Assembly (NCBI GenBank): GCA_963758225.1
Contig: CAVWUJ010000003.1
Span: forward strand, 181,074 to 205,073
DNA from: an uncultured Alphaproteobacteria bacterium
GTDB taxonomy: Bacteria > Pseudomonadota > Alphaproteobacteria > Rhizobiales > Xanthobacteraceae
Direction of reading: 5' to 3'
DNA: 24,000 nucleotides
The notes under the pieces are model-generated. The model was not told the origin of the DNA. It saw only the letters and a list, made by a program, of their open reading frames with translations, and did no database searches. This document shows, piece by piece, positions 1-7,643 of this stretch. A program made the position numbers and the translations under genes. Position 1 is the first letter of the stretch; each line of letters begins with the position of its first letter.

Positions 1-177
1 GCGTTCCCGAAGCCGCTGATCGCGGCGCAGACCGGCGGAAAAAGCGGCGGCGGCGCGGCGCTCACGCGCTTTGGCAAAACCGTGGTCGCCCACTACAACG
101 CCATCGAGAGCAAATCGCGCCGTTCCGCCACGCGGCACCTCGCGGCGCTGCAGGCAGCCGCCCGCAGCCGGCGCTGA
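1..177 (+). CDS. ModE-family molybdate-responsive transcriptional regulator, 3' end (partial at the window edge); N-terminal-domain-only type
   Basis: Frame +1 is open from base 1 to TGA at 175-177. The translation ...AAQTGGKSGGGAALTRFGKTVVAHYNAIE... matches the ModE winged-helix signature (E. coli ModE: ATGGKGGGGAVLTRYG). The protein stops about 35 aa after this motif, so no Mop domains follow. It lies directly upstream of modABC. Confidence 0.6.
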   Translation, partial: AFPKPLIAAQTGGKSGGGAALTRFGKTVVAHYNAIESKSRRSATRHLAALQAAARSRR

Positions 178-326
178 CGCTTGCGCGGTGTCGAGGCGAT
201 TGCTACGGTTTTATCGACCGCGGTGCATTGCCCATGCAGCCGTGCGACCGGAACGGCGGTTCCGTCACGTCGACTCAGCCTCTTCCATCGACCCGCTCTG
301 GCGTCTGAACGCCGAGGAGAACCGCC

Positions 327-1127
327 ATGCCGCTTTCGCGAAGCCGACGCCACGCGCTCGGCGTCCTGATCGCGCTGGCCCTGACCGCGACAACACCGCT
401 CGCCACAGCCGCACAGCCGCAGCCCATCATCGTGTTCGCTACCGCCTCGATGAAGACCGTCATCGACGAACTGAACACCGCTTTCACCCGCAACACCGGC
501 ATCAAGGTCACGACGAGCTACGCCGCGTCCTCGGCGCTCGCCCGCCAGATCGAACAGGGCGCACCTGCCGACGTCTTCATCTCCGCCGACATTCCGTGGA
601 TGGACCATGTCCAGAAGCGCGACCTGATCAACCCGGGCTCGCGATTCGATCTCGCCGGCAACCGGCTGGTCCTGGTCGCGCCAAAGGAATCCAAAATTTC
701 CAAGGTGGACATCGCACAGGGCTTCGACCTGGCTGCACTCGCCGGTACGGGGCGCATCGCCGTGGGCGAGGTGAAATCGGTTCCGGCCGGGCGTTACGCC
801 AAGGCCGCGCTGGAGACGCTCGGCTCCTGGACCGCCGTCGAATCCAAGCTTGCGATGGCCGACAACGTTCGCGCGGCCCTGCTCCTCGTCGCCCGCGGCG
901 AGGCGCCGCTCGGCATCGTCTACGAAACCGACGCGAGGGTGGAGCCGGGCGTGAAGGTGGTCGGTACATTCCCGGCCGGCTCGCATCCCGCGATCATCTA
1001 TCCCGCCGCCGCCACCGCAAAGGCCCAGCCTGCCGCCGAAAAGTACCTGGCGTTCCTTCGCTCCGGCACGGCCGTCGTGGCGTTCGAAGGCCACGGCTTC
1101 ACGTATCTCGTGAAGGCCGGACCGTGA
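327..1127 (+). CDS. modA: Molybdate ABC transporter periplasmic substrate-binding protein ModA
   Basis: 266-aa ORF with an N-terminal signal peptide (MPLSRSRRHALGVLIALALTATTPLATAAQ). It carries ModA-like blocks (IIVFATASMK, GAPADVFISAD, VPAGRYAKAALE, PLGIVYETDA) and an AGGAGA RBS 6 nt upstream of the ATG. modB and modC follow it. Confidence 0.9.
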   Translation: MPLSRSRRHALGVLIALALTATTPLATAAQPQPIIVFATASMKTVIDELNTAFTRNTGIKVTTSYAASSALARQIEQGAPADVFISADIPWMDHVQKRDLINPGSRFDLAGNRLVLVAPKESKISKVDIAQGFDLAALAGTGRIAVGEVKSVPAGRYAKAALETLGSWTAVESKLAMADNVRAALLLVARGEAPLGIVYETDARVEPGVKVVGTFPAGSHPAIIYPAAATAKAQPAAEKYLAFLRSGTAVVAFEGHGFTYLVKAGP

Positions 1128-1205
1128 CGGACGCAACGACGAATGGCGCGTTCCCGGGAAGCCGCGGCGCCATGTGCTGCGATGTTTCCCTTGCAGGGTC
1201 GCCCG

Positions 1206-1901
1206 ATGCTTGACCTCACTCCCGAGGAGTGGACGGCGGTGCGCCTGTCGCTGCGGATCGCGCTGGTTGCCACCGTCGCATCGCTGCCGTTCGGCATCGC
1301 AGTGGCCTGGCTCCTGGCGCGCAAGGATTTCTGGGGCAAGGCCCTGCTCGACGGACTCGTGCATCTGCCGCTGGTGCTGCCGCCGGTCGTCACGGGATAT
1401 CTGCTTTTGATCTGGTTCGGCCGGCGCGGTCCGGCCGGCCAGTTTCTCGAACAGACGTTCGGGGTCGTCCTGTCGTTCCGCTGGACCGGCGCGGTGCTGG
1501 CCTGCGCGGTGATGGCGTTTCCGCTGCTGGTGCGCGCGATCCGGCTGTCGTTCGAGGCGATCGACCGGCGGCTGGAGGACGCGGCCGCGACGCTCGGCGC
1601 GAGCCCGCTGCGCGTGTTCCTGACGGTGACGCTGCCGCTCGCGCTGCCCGGCGTGATCGCCGGCATGGTGCTGTGCTTCGCGAAGGCGCTCGGCGAATTC
1701 GGCGCGACCATCACCTTCGTGTCGAACATTCCCGGCGAGACCCAGACCATTTCGGCGGTGATCTATACGCTGACCCAGGCGCCGGGCGGCGACGCCGCGG
1801 CCATGCGGCTGGTGATCGTGGCGGTCGTCATCGCGCTCGCGGCTCTGGTCGCCTCGGAGTTCTTCGCACGGCGGGCCGGCATGCGAACCCACGGAGACTG
1901 A
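1206..1901 (+). CDS. modB: Molybdate ABC transporter permease ModB
   Basis: The translation aligns over nearly its full length, by eye, to E. coli ModB (LHLPLVLPPVV.GYLLL, AVMAFPLLVRAIRL, LGEFGATITFVSNIPGETQTI). The start is set at ATG 1206 (MLDLTPEEW) by analogy with ModB N-termini; the track ORF opens at 1143. Confidence 0.9.
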   Translation: MLDLTPEEWTAVRLSLRIALVATVASLPFGIAVAWLLARKDFWGKALLDGLVHLPLVLPPVVTGYLLLIWFGRRGPAGQFLEQTFGVVLSFRWTGAVLACAVMAFPLLVRAIRLSFEAIDRRLEDAAATLGASPLRVFLTVTLPLALPGVIAGMVLCFAKALGEFGATITFVSNIPGETQTISAVIYTLTQAPGGDAAAMRLVIVAVVIALAALVASEFFARRAGMRTHGD

Positions 1902-1902
1902 C

Positions 1903-2580
1903 GTGTTCGTCGTCGATGTCGAAAAGCGTCAGGGCGAGTTCACGGTCGCGGTCCGGTTCGAGACCGCGGGCGGCGTCACCGCGCTGTTCGGCCCTTCGGG
2001 GGCGGGCAAGACCTCGCTGGTCAACATGATCGCGGGGCTCACAACGCCCGACCGCGGACGGATCGCGCTCGACGACGCCGTGCTGTTCGATTCCGCCGCG
2101 CGCGTGAACGTGCCGCCGCACCGGCGGCGCATCGGCTACGTCTTTCAGGAGGGCCGGCTGTTTCCGCACATGAGCGTGGCGGCCAACCTCGACTACGGCC
2201 GGCGCATGAACGGGATCGACCGCGATCCGCAGGAGCACGCGCGCGTGGTCGAACTGCTCAACATCGGCCACCTGCTCGAGCGGCGGCCGGGACGCCTGTC
2301 GGGAGGCGAGCGTCAGCGCGTCGCCTTCGGCCGCGCGCTGCTGATGAAGCCACGCCTGCTGCTGCTCGACGAGCCGCTCGCCTCGCTCGACCGCGCGCGC
2401 AAGCTGGAAATCCTGCCGTATCTCGCGCGGCTGCGCGACGAGGCGAAGGTGCCGATGATCTACGTCAGCCACCAGGCCGGCGAAATCCAGCGGCTCGCCT
2501 CGACGGTGGTGCGGATCGAGGACGGGCGCGTCGCAGGCGTCGGCGGTCTGGAGCAGCTCGACGCCGAGTCCGTCGTGTAA
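1903..2580 (+). CDS. modC: Molybdate ABC transporter ATP-binding protein ModC, short form without a C-terminal TOBE/Mop domain
   Basis: GTG start 1 nt after the modB stop. It has Walker A GPSGAGKTS, signature LSGGERQRV, Walker B LLLLDEPLASLD and H-loop YVSHQ. The 225-aa protein ends where the E. coli ModC nucleotide-binding domain ends. Confidence 0.9.
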   Translation: MFVVDVEKRQGEFTVAVRFETAGGVTALFGPSGAGKTSLVNMIAGLTTPDRGRIALDDAVLFDSAARVNVPPHRRRIGYVFQEGRLFPHMSVAANLDYGRRMNGIDRDPQEHARVVELLNIGHLLERRPGRLSGGERQRVAFGRALLMKPRLLLLDEPLASLDRARKLEILPYLARLRDEAKVPMIYVSHQAGEIQRLASTVVRIEDGRVAGVGGLEQLDAESVV

Positions 2581-2599
2581 TGCGCCGCCGGCGTCGTTC

Positions 2600-3448
2600 T
2601 CAGCGCAGCCGCCCGAGAATCTCCGCGAGCCGCTCCATCGCCTCCGCCAGCGCCGGGCCGCCGCACAGCGTATAGCGGGTGGGAAACGCGATGCGGCGCT
2701 CCGGCGGCCAGGCGTTGCGCAGCGCCGGATGGCTGAACATCAGCGCGCCCTGGTCGCCGGGCTCCGACGGCGGGTCTTTCAGAAACAGCACGTCGGGCTT
2801 CATCACCAGAAGCCGCTCCAGCGACACGAAGCCGCCGATGCCGCCCGGCGCGCCGGCCGGCGGACGAAGGCCCGCCTCCGTCATCAGCGTCGCCGCGAGA
2901 CTGTCCGGACCGGCCGCGAAGCCGCCGCGCTCGATCACCAGAGCGGTCGCAAGACCCGGCACGCGCACGCGCTGCAGACGCGCGCGGGCGGCGGCGATCC
3001 GCGTCACCAGCGCCTCGCCACGCTCGGCCTTCCCCAGCAGCGCGGCCACCTCGCGAATCTGGCGCTCGGCCGCGGCGATGTCGGAGACGATCTCGACGCG
3101 CTCCACGCGAAATCCGAGCTGCGACAGCATCCGCCGGGTGATCGCGCGGTCCCACGAACCGGTCAGCACCAGATCGGGCTTGAGCGCCACCGCCGACTCG
3201 GCCTGCCAGTCGAGCCGCGGATGGGCGCGCGCCTGCGCAGCCATCACCGAGACGTTCGGATCGGCGGCGTAGGGCGAGAGCCCCGCAATCTGTTGCGGAT
3301 CGGCGAGAGCCAGCACGAGCTGGTCGGCGCAAAGGTTGAACGAGACGACGCGGCGCGGGGCGTCGGCGCTCGCGGCGGCGACGCCGAGCAGAAGCAGCAA
3401 CGCAGAGCGCGCGGCGTGGCGCATCGCAGATCGGAAACCCGGCACCAT
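2600..3448 (-). CDS. Periplasmic binding protein of the FecB/BtuF/HmuT type (Peripla_BP_2-like); orphan, with no adjacent permease or ATPase
   Basis: The C-terminal ~280 aa of track ORF 2600..4183 have a signal peptide (MRHAARSALLLLLGVAAASA) and family-typical blocks (RVVSFNLCADQLVLAL, ALKPDLVLTGSW, LKPDVLFL). Alternative starts are at 3463, 3448 and 3424, and 3424 gives the cleanest signal peptide. The part of the ORF beyond ~3463 overlaps efp in another frame and is not coding. Confidence 0.75.
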   Translation of the reverse strand: MVPGFRSAMRHAARSALLLLLGVAAASADAPRRVVSFNLCADQLVLALADPQQIAGLSPYAADPNVSVMAAQARAHPRLDWQAESAVALKPDLVLTGSWDRAITRRMLSQLGFRVERVEIVSDIAAAERQIREVAALLGKAERGEALVTRIAAARARLQRVRVPGLATALVIERGGFAAGPDSLAATLMTEAGLRPPAGAPGGIGGFVSLERLLVMKPDVLFLKDPPSEPGDQGALMFSHPALRNAWPPERRIAFPTRYTLCGGPALAEAMERLAEILGRLR

Positions 3449-3519
3449 CAGCACAATCGTCATGCGTGGGCATGACCCGAGCATCCACCCCTCGACCGCA
3501 CCATTGCAGCCGGGGCGCG

Positions 3520-4086
3520 TCAGTCCTTCGCGCGCTCGACGTAGGAGCCGTCCTCGGTCATCACCACGATGCGGGTGCCGGCCGAGATGTGCGGCGGCAC
3601 CGAGGTCCGCACGCCGTTCGACAGCAGCGCCGGCTTGTAGGACGAGGACGCGGTCTGACCCTTGGTCACCGGCTCGGTCTCGACCACTTCGAGGATCGCG
3701 CGCTGCGGCAGCTCGATCGACACCGCGTTGCCCTCGAACACCGCGAGCTTCACCATCATCTCCGGCTGGAGATAGGCCGCACCGTCGCCGACCACGTCCT
3801 CCGACACCTGGATCTGCTCGTAGTTCTCCAGATTCATGAAGTGGAAGCCGTCGGCGTCGTTGTAGAGGAACTGGTAGTCGCGCTCCTCGACATGGGCGCG
3901 CTCGACCTGCTCGGTGGTCTTGTAGCGCTGGGTGGTCTTCACGCCGTCGCTGATCCGGCGCATGTCGATCTGCGTCGTCGGCGTGCCCTTGCCGGGATGG
4001 AAGCTTTCGGCAGTCAGGACGGCGTAGAGCTTGCCGTCGATTTCGAGAATGTTGCCCTTGCGGACGGAGCTGGCGATGACCCTCAC
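3520..4086 (-). CDS. efp: Translation elongation factor P
   Basis: 188 aa with a GTG start preceded by an AAGGAA RBS. The sequence is strongly EF-P-like ([54 protein letters not shown]). The modification loop PGKG has Lys33, codon 3988-3990. Confidence 0.95.
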   Translation of the reverse strand: MRVIASSVRKGNILEIDGKLYAVLTAESFHPGKGTPTTQIDMRRISDGVKTTQRYKTTEQVERAHVEERDYQFLYNDADGFHFMNLENYEQIQVSEDVVGDGAAYLQPEMMVKLAVFEGNAVSIELPQRAILEVVETEPVTKGQTASSSYKPALLSNGVRTSVPPHISAGTRIVVMTEDGSYVERAKD

Positions 4087-4287
4087 AGGCGGCGTTCCTT
4101 GGCTTCGATGAACGGGGGACCGAAGGGGCCGTCCCCCTCGAATTGGACCGCAACATACTCATCCTGCGAGGGTCCGCCAGCATTTTCAGGCTTTCCGGCC
4201 CGTTTCGCCGGCGATTCCGGGCGCGTCCGCTCCGCGACGCCGGGAATGACCCTCGAAGGTTCGCCGGCGGCCTGCTAAGCCCGCCGC

Positions 4288-5343
4288 GTGACCCAGCCGC
4301 CGCGCCCCTCCCCCTGGTGGGATCCCACCGTCTATGCCGACCGCCGGCCGTTCCTGCTGGCGCGCGACCGGATCGTGCGCGCGCTGCGCGACTGGTTCCG
4401 GATGCGCGGCTTCGTCGAGGTCGAGACGCCGATCCTGCAAGTCTCGCCGGGCAACGAGCTGCACCTGCACGCGCTTCCGACCGGCCTCACCGCCCCGGAC
4501 GGCCGCAAGACCCGGATGCATCTGCACACCTCGCCGGAGTTCGCCTGCAAAAAGCTGCTGGCCGCGGGCGAGCCGCGGATCGTCACCTTCGCGCGCGCCT
4601 TCCGCGACCGCGAGCGCGGGCCGCTGCACCATCCCGAGTTCACCATGCTGGAGTGGTATCGCGCGGACGCAACCTACGAAGCGCTGATGGACGATTGCGC
4701 CGCGGTGCTGACCGAGACGGCCAAGGCAGCCGGCTGCGATGCATTCCGATATCGCGACCGCGACGCCGATCCCTTTGCCGCGCCCGAGCGGCTGAGCGTC
4801 GCCGAGGCTTTTGGCCGGCATGCCGGCATCGACCTGATGGCCACGCTCGACGGCGCGGAGGGCAATGCCGAGGCGCTGCGCAGGGCGGCCGAGGCCCAGG
4901 GCATCCGCACCGCGCCGGACGACACCTGGTCCGACATGTTCAGCCGCGTGCTGGGCGAGCGCATCGAACCGCATCTGGGGATCGGCCGGGCGACCGTGCT
5001 CGATGCCTATCCGATCCCGGAGGCGGCGCTGGCGCGCCCCGGACGCGATCCGCGCACCGCCGAACGCTTCGAGCTTTATGCCTGCGGCGTCGAACTCGCC
5101 AACGCCTTCGGCGAACTGACCGACGCAACCGAACAGCGCCGGCGCTTCGAGCACGCGATGGCCGAGAAGCGGCGCATCTACGGCGACGCGCCGCCGATCG
5201 ACGAGGACTTCCTCGCGGCGCTGGCGCATATGCCGCAGGCCTCCGGCATCGCGCTTGGTCTCGACCGGCTCGTGATGCTGGCGACCGGCGCGAGCCGCAT
5301 CGAGCAGGTGCTGTGGGCGCCGGTGGCGTCGCCTGAAATCTGA
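4288..5343 (+). CDS. epmA: EF-P--(R)-beta-lysine ligase (EpmA/PoxA/GenX; a lysyl-tRNA-synthetase catalytic-core paralog)
   Basis: 351 aa with a GTG start. It has class II aaRS core motifs (FVEVETPIL; LHTSPEFACKKLL; FARAFRDRERGPLHHPEFTMLEWY; C-terminal GIALGLDRLVML) and no anticodon-binding domain. It is divergent from efp, and epmB is nearby. Confidence 0.85.
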   Translation: MTQPPRPSPWWDPTVYADRRPFLLARDRIVRALRDWFRMRGFVEVETPILQVSPGNELHLHALPTGLTAPDGRKTRMHLHTSPEFACKKLLAAGEPRIVTFARAFRDRERGPLHHPEFTMLEWYRADATYEALMDDCAAVLTETAKAAGCDAFRYRDRDADPFAAPERLSVAEAFGRHAGIDLMATLDGAEGNAEALRRAAEAQGIRTAPDDTWSDMFSRVLGERIEPHLGIGRATVLDAYPIPEAALARPGRDPRTAERFELYACGVELANAFGELTDATEQRRRFEHAMAEKRRIYGDAPPIDEDFLAALAHMPQASGIALGLDRLVMLATGASRIEQVLWAPVASPEI

Positions 5344-5382
5344 TCAAGCGGCCGCATTGACGCTTTCGAAGGGCGCGGCCCC

Positions 5383-5487
5383 GGAGCGTTTTCGAGCGAA
5401 GCGGGGACCGTTTCGCGTGAAGAAACCGCGACAAGGCAAAAGGCCGGAGCCTCGGTTCTGATTCCATCAGAACCGAAAAGGCTCTAG
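5383..5487 (+). repeat. MITE/REP-like intergenic element, family A, full-length copy
   Basis: ggagcgttttcgagcgaagcggggaccgtttcgcgtgaagaaaccgcgacaagg...cggttctgattccatcagaaccgaaaaggctctag. The ends are imperfect inverted repeats ((ct)agagcgtttt / aaaaggctctag). There is an internal 9-bp stem hairpin at 5453-5475. The 5' ~68 bp recur at 18993-19060. Confidence 0.7.
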
Positions 5488-5541
5488 GCTGCCGCGACGC
5501 GCCGACAGAGCGCAACACTGTCACCCACGAGAGGAACGTCC

Positions 5542-6510
5542 ATGCGCCGCCCCGCCATCTCCGCCTTTGCGTTTGCCGCGGCTTTCGCGGCCGGCATCGC
5601 GCAGGCCCAGGCACAAGCCCAGACCTATCCGTCGCAAAGCATCAACGTCTATGTCGCCTTCGCCGCCGGCGGCGTGGCCGACACCATCGGGCGCATCGCT
5701 GCGACCAAGCTCGGCGAACGCCTGAAGCAGAACGTGGTGGTGGAGAATCGCGGCGGCGCCGGCGGCAATCTCGCTGCGCGAGCGGTCGCGACCGCAGCGC
5801 CGGACGGCTACACCATCCTCGCCACCACCTCAGCGCTCGCGGTCAACGACACCGCGTCGAAGAACAAGGGCTACGAGACCTTCGATCTGCGGCCCGTCGC
5901 CTTCGTCGCCTTCAGCCCGGACGTGATCGCCGTGCATCCCAGCAACCCGGCGACGTCGCTGAAGGAGTTGGTGCAAAACACGAAGAACAAGCCGTTCAGC
6001 TACGGCAGCGCCGGCGTCGGCACCGGCCCGCACATCGGCGCGGAGTATTTCTTCAAGGAGATCGCCAAGGCCAACGCCACCCATGTGCCGTTCTCGGGCG
6101 GCGCGCCGGCCGTGTCCGCCGCGCTCGGCAATCACGTCGACGGCGTGGTGCTGACGCTGCCGACCGTAACGCCGCACATCCTGAGCGGGAAACTGCGCGG
6201 CATCGGCTTGACCGGCGAGAAGCGCAGCGGCGCGGTGCCGGACGTGCCGACCTATTCCGAGGCCGGCTTCGGCAATTTCGCCACCGGCTCGTGGGTGGGG
6301 CTGTTCGTCCCGGCCAAGACACCGGAGGCGGTGGTGACGCGGCTGCGCACCGAGCTTGCGGCGCTGTCCAAGGACGCCGACGTGCAGGCGCGGCTTTCCA
6401 AGCTCGGCTTCGAGCCGATGGCCAAGAGCCCCGCGGAACTCGACGGCTTTTTCAAGCAGGACGTCGCGGCCTGGGGCAAGATGGTGAAGTCGGTCGGCTT
6501 CTCGAACTGA
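5542..6510 (+). CDS. Tripartite tricarboxylate transporter substrate-binding protein (Bug/TctC family); orphan
   Basis: 322 aa with a signal peptide ending AQAQAQAQ. It has Bug-family blocks (YPSQSINVYVAFAAGGVADTIGR, VVVENRGGAGGNLAA, APDGYTILATTSALAVN, PFSYGSAGVGTGPHI) and a GAGAGGAA RBS upstream. No tctA or tctB lies adjacent. Confidence 0.9.
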   Translation: MRRPAISAFAFAAAFAAGIAQAQAQAQTYPSQSINVYVAFAAGGVADTIGRIAATKLGERLKQNVVVENRGGAGGNLAARAVATAAPDGYTILATTSALAVNDTASKNKGYETFDLRPVAFVAFSPDVIAVHPSNPATSLKELVQNTKNKPFSYGSAGVGTGPHIGAEYFFKEIAKANATHVPFSGGAPAVSAALGNHVDGVVLTLPTVTPHILSGKLRGIGLTGEKRSGAVPDVPTYSEAGFGNFATGSWVGLFVPAKTPEAVVTRLRTELAALSKDADVQARLSKLGFEPMAKSPAELDGFFKQDVAAWGKMVKSVGFSN

Positions 6511-6590
6511 AGCGGGCCGAGCCCGCTCCCCGCGCGCTGGACGCACGGCGCGGAGCGGCGCATAGAGGCGCGAGCAACGAGGCTCGCGTC

Positions 6591-7643
6591 ATGAACGCCG
6601 CTCCCAAACCCCTGCGAACCCTCTCCGATCTCGCCGTCGCGGGCCTTGTCCCCGCCGAACGCCGCGCAGCTCTCGAACAGGTTGCGGCGCGCTACGCGGT
6701 CGCGATCACGCCGGCGATGGCGGAGCTGATCGACCGCACGGACGAGCACGACCCGATCGCGCGGCAGTTCGTGCCCGACGCGGCCGAACTCGTCACGCAG
6801 CCGCAGGAGCGCGCCGACCCGATCGGCGACGACGCGCACAGCCCGGTCAAGGGCATCGTGCATCGCTATCCCGACCGCGTGCTGCTCAAGCTCACCGCCG
6901 TCTGCGCAGTCTATTGCCGGTTCTGCTTCCGCCGCGAGACGGTGGGCCCCGGCGCGCAGGCGCTGACGCCGCAGGAACTCGACGCCGCGTTCGGCTACAT
7001 CGCCGCACACAAGGACATCTGGGAGACGATCCTGACCGGCGGCGATCCGCTGGTGCTGTCGCCACGCCGGATCGAAGCGGTGATGCAACGGCTGGCCGGG
7101 ATCGATCATGTGAAGATCGTGCGGGTTCACACCCGCATTCCCGCCGTCGATCCGGCCCGCATCGACGATGCGCTGCTGCGCGCGCTCAAAGCCCCGGGCA
7201 AGACGGTCTGGGTCGTGCTGCACGCCAACCATCCGCGCGAGCTGACCGCGCAGGCGCGCGCCGCCTGCGCGCGGCTGATCGACGCCGGCGTTCCGATGCT
7301 GAGCCAGTCGGTGCTGCTCAAGGGCGTCAACGACGACCCCGACACGCTCGGCGCGCTGATGCGCGCGTTCGTGGAGACCCGCATCAAGCCGTACTATCTG
7401 CATCATGGCGACCTCGCTCCCGGCACCTCGCACCTGCGCACGACCCTCGCCGAGGGTCAGGCACTGATGCGCGCGCTGCGCGGCCGCGTCTCCGGCCTGT
7501 GCCAACCGGAGTATGTGCTCGACATACCGGGCGGACACGGCAAGTCGCCGGTCGGCCCGTCCTACTTCGAGGACAAAGGCGGCGGCAGCGCCAGCGTCGC
7601 GGACTACAACGGAGAGCGTCATTGCTATCCGCCGAAAACCTGA
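6591..7643 (+). CDS. epmB: EF-P beta-lysylation protein EpmB (YjeK-type lysine 2,3-aminomutase, radical SAM)
   Basis: 350 aa from ATG 6591; the track ORF opens at 6291, but the upstream part looks non-coding. It has the radical-SAM cluster motif CAVYCRFCFRRE and KamA-family blocks (ILTGGDPLVL, VRVHTRIP, VLLKGVNDD, KPYYLHHGDLAPGTSH). Its size fits YjeK rather than clostridial KamA. Confidence 0.85.
   Translation: MNAAPKPLRTLSDLAVAGLVPAERRAALEQVAARYAVAITPAMAELIDRTDEHDPIARQFVPDAAELVTQPQERADPIGDDAHSPVKGIVHRYPDRVLLKLTAVCAVYCRFCFRRETVGPGAQALTPQELDAAFGYIAAHKDIWETILTGGDPLVLSPRRIEAVMQRLAGIDHVKIVRVHTRIPAVDPARIDDALLRALKAPGKTVWVVLHANHPRELTAQARAACARLIDAGVPMLSQSVLLKGVNDDPDTLGALMRAFVETRIKPYYLHHGDLAPGTSHLRTTLAEGQALMRALRGRVSGLCQPEYVLDIPGGHGKSPVGPSYFEDKGGGSASVADYNGERHCYPPKT

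Noticed and set aside
178-326. A ModE operator (Mo-box) or Moco riboswitch upstream of modA.
   Set aside because: Only a weak dyad (CGAT-N12-ATCG, 197-216) and a short hairpin (cggaac-ggcg-gttccg, about 269-284) are visible. Neither matches the TATAT-containing Mo-box consensus or the Moco RNA conserved core well enough by eye. A covariance-model search (Rfam Moco_RNA_motif) would be decisive.
327-420. A twin-arginine (Tat) signal in ModA (RSRRHALGVL).
   Set aside because: It matches the S/T-R-R-x-F-L-K motif only partially. ModA proteins are normally Sec substrates, and a predictor such as TatP or SignalP would be needed. I treated it as an ordinary signal peptide.
93-1892. Long ORFs antisense to or out of frame with confirmed genes: 93-1892(-), 2460-3488(-), 4186-5229(-), 6252-7622(-), 7689-8732(-), 8542-10317(-), 12433-13677(+), 14612-16495(+), 17050-18582(+), 19370-21217(+) and others in the track.
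   Set aside because: Their translations are Arg/Ala/Gly/Pro-rich low-complexity strings with no recognisable motifs. In each case the opposite strand or another frame carries a gene with strong family signatures. Long spurious ORFs are expected in GC-rich DNA because stop codons are rare.
3464-4183. N-terminal 240 aa of the 527-aa ORF 2600-4183(-), which would make one giant protein.
   Set aside because: This part overlaps efp in a different frame on the same strand and has no protein-like composition. The binding-protein homology and its signal peptide begin near 3448/3424.
6291-6590. Upstream extension of epmB (track ORF starts at 6291), and similar extensions of the autotransporter (8119), phaA (13563), phaR (13538), GGDEF-EAL (16582), ispA (20082) and ispG (23871).
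   Set aside because: The extensions overlap upstream genes or intergenic DNA, lack homology-like sequence, and often begin at non-ATG codons. Internal starts fit family N-termini, RBS positions or both.
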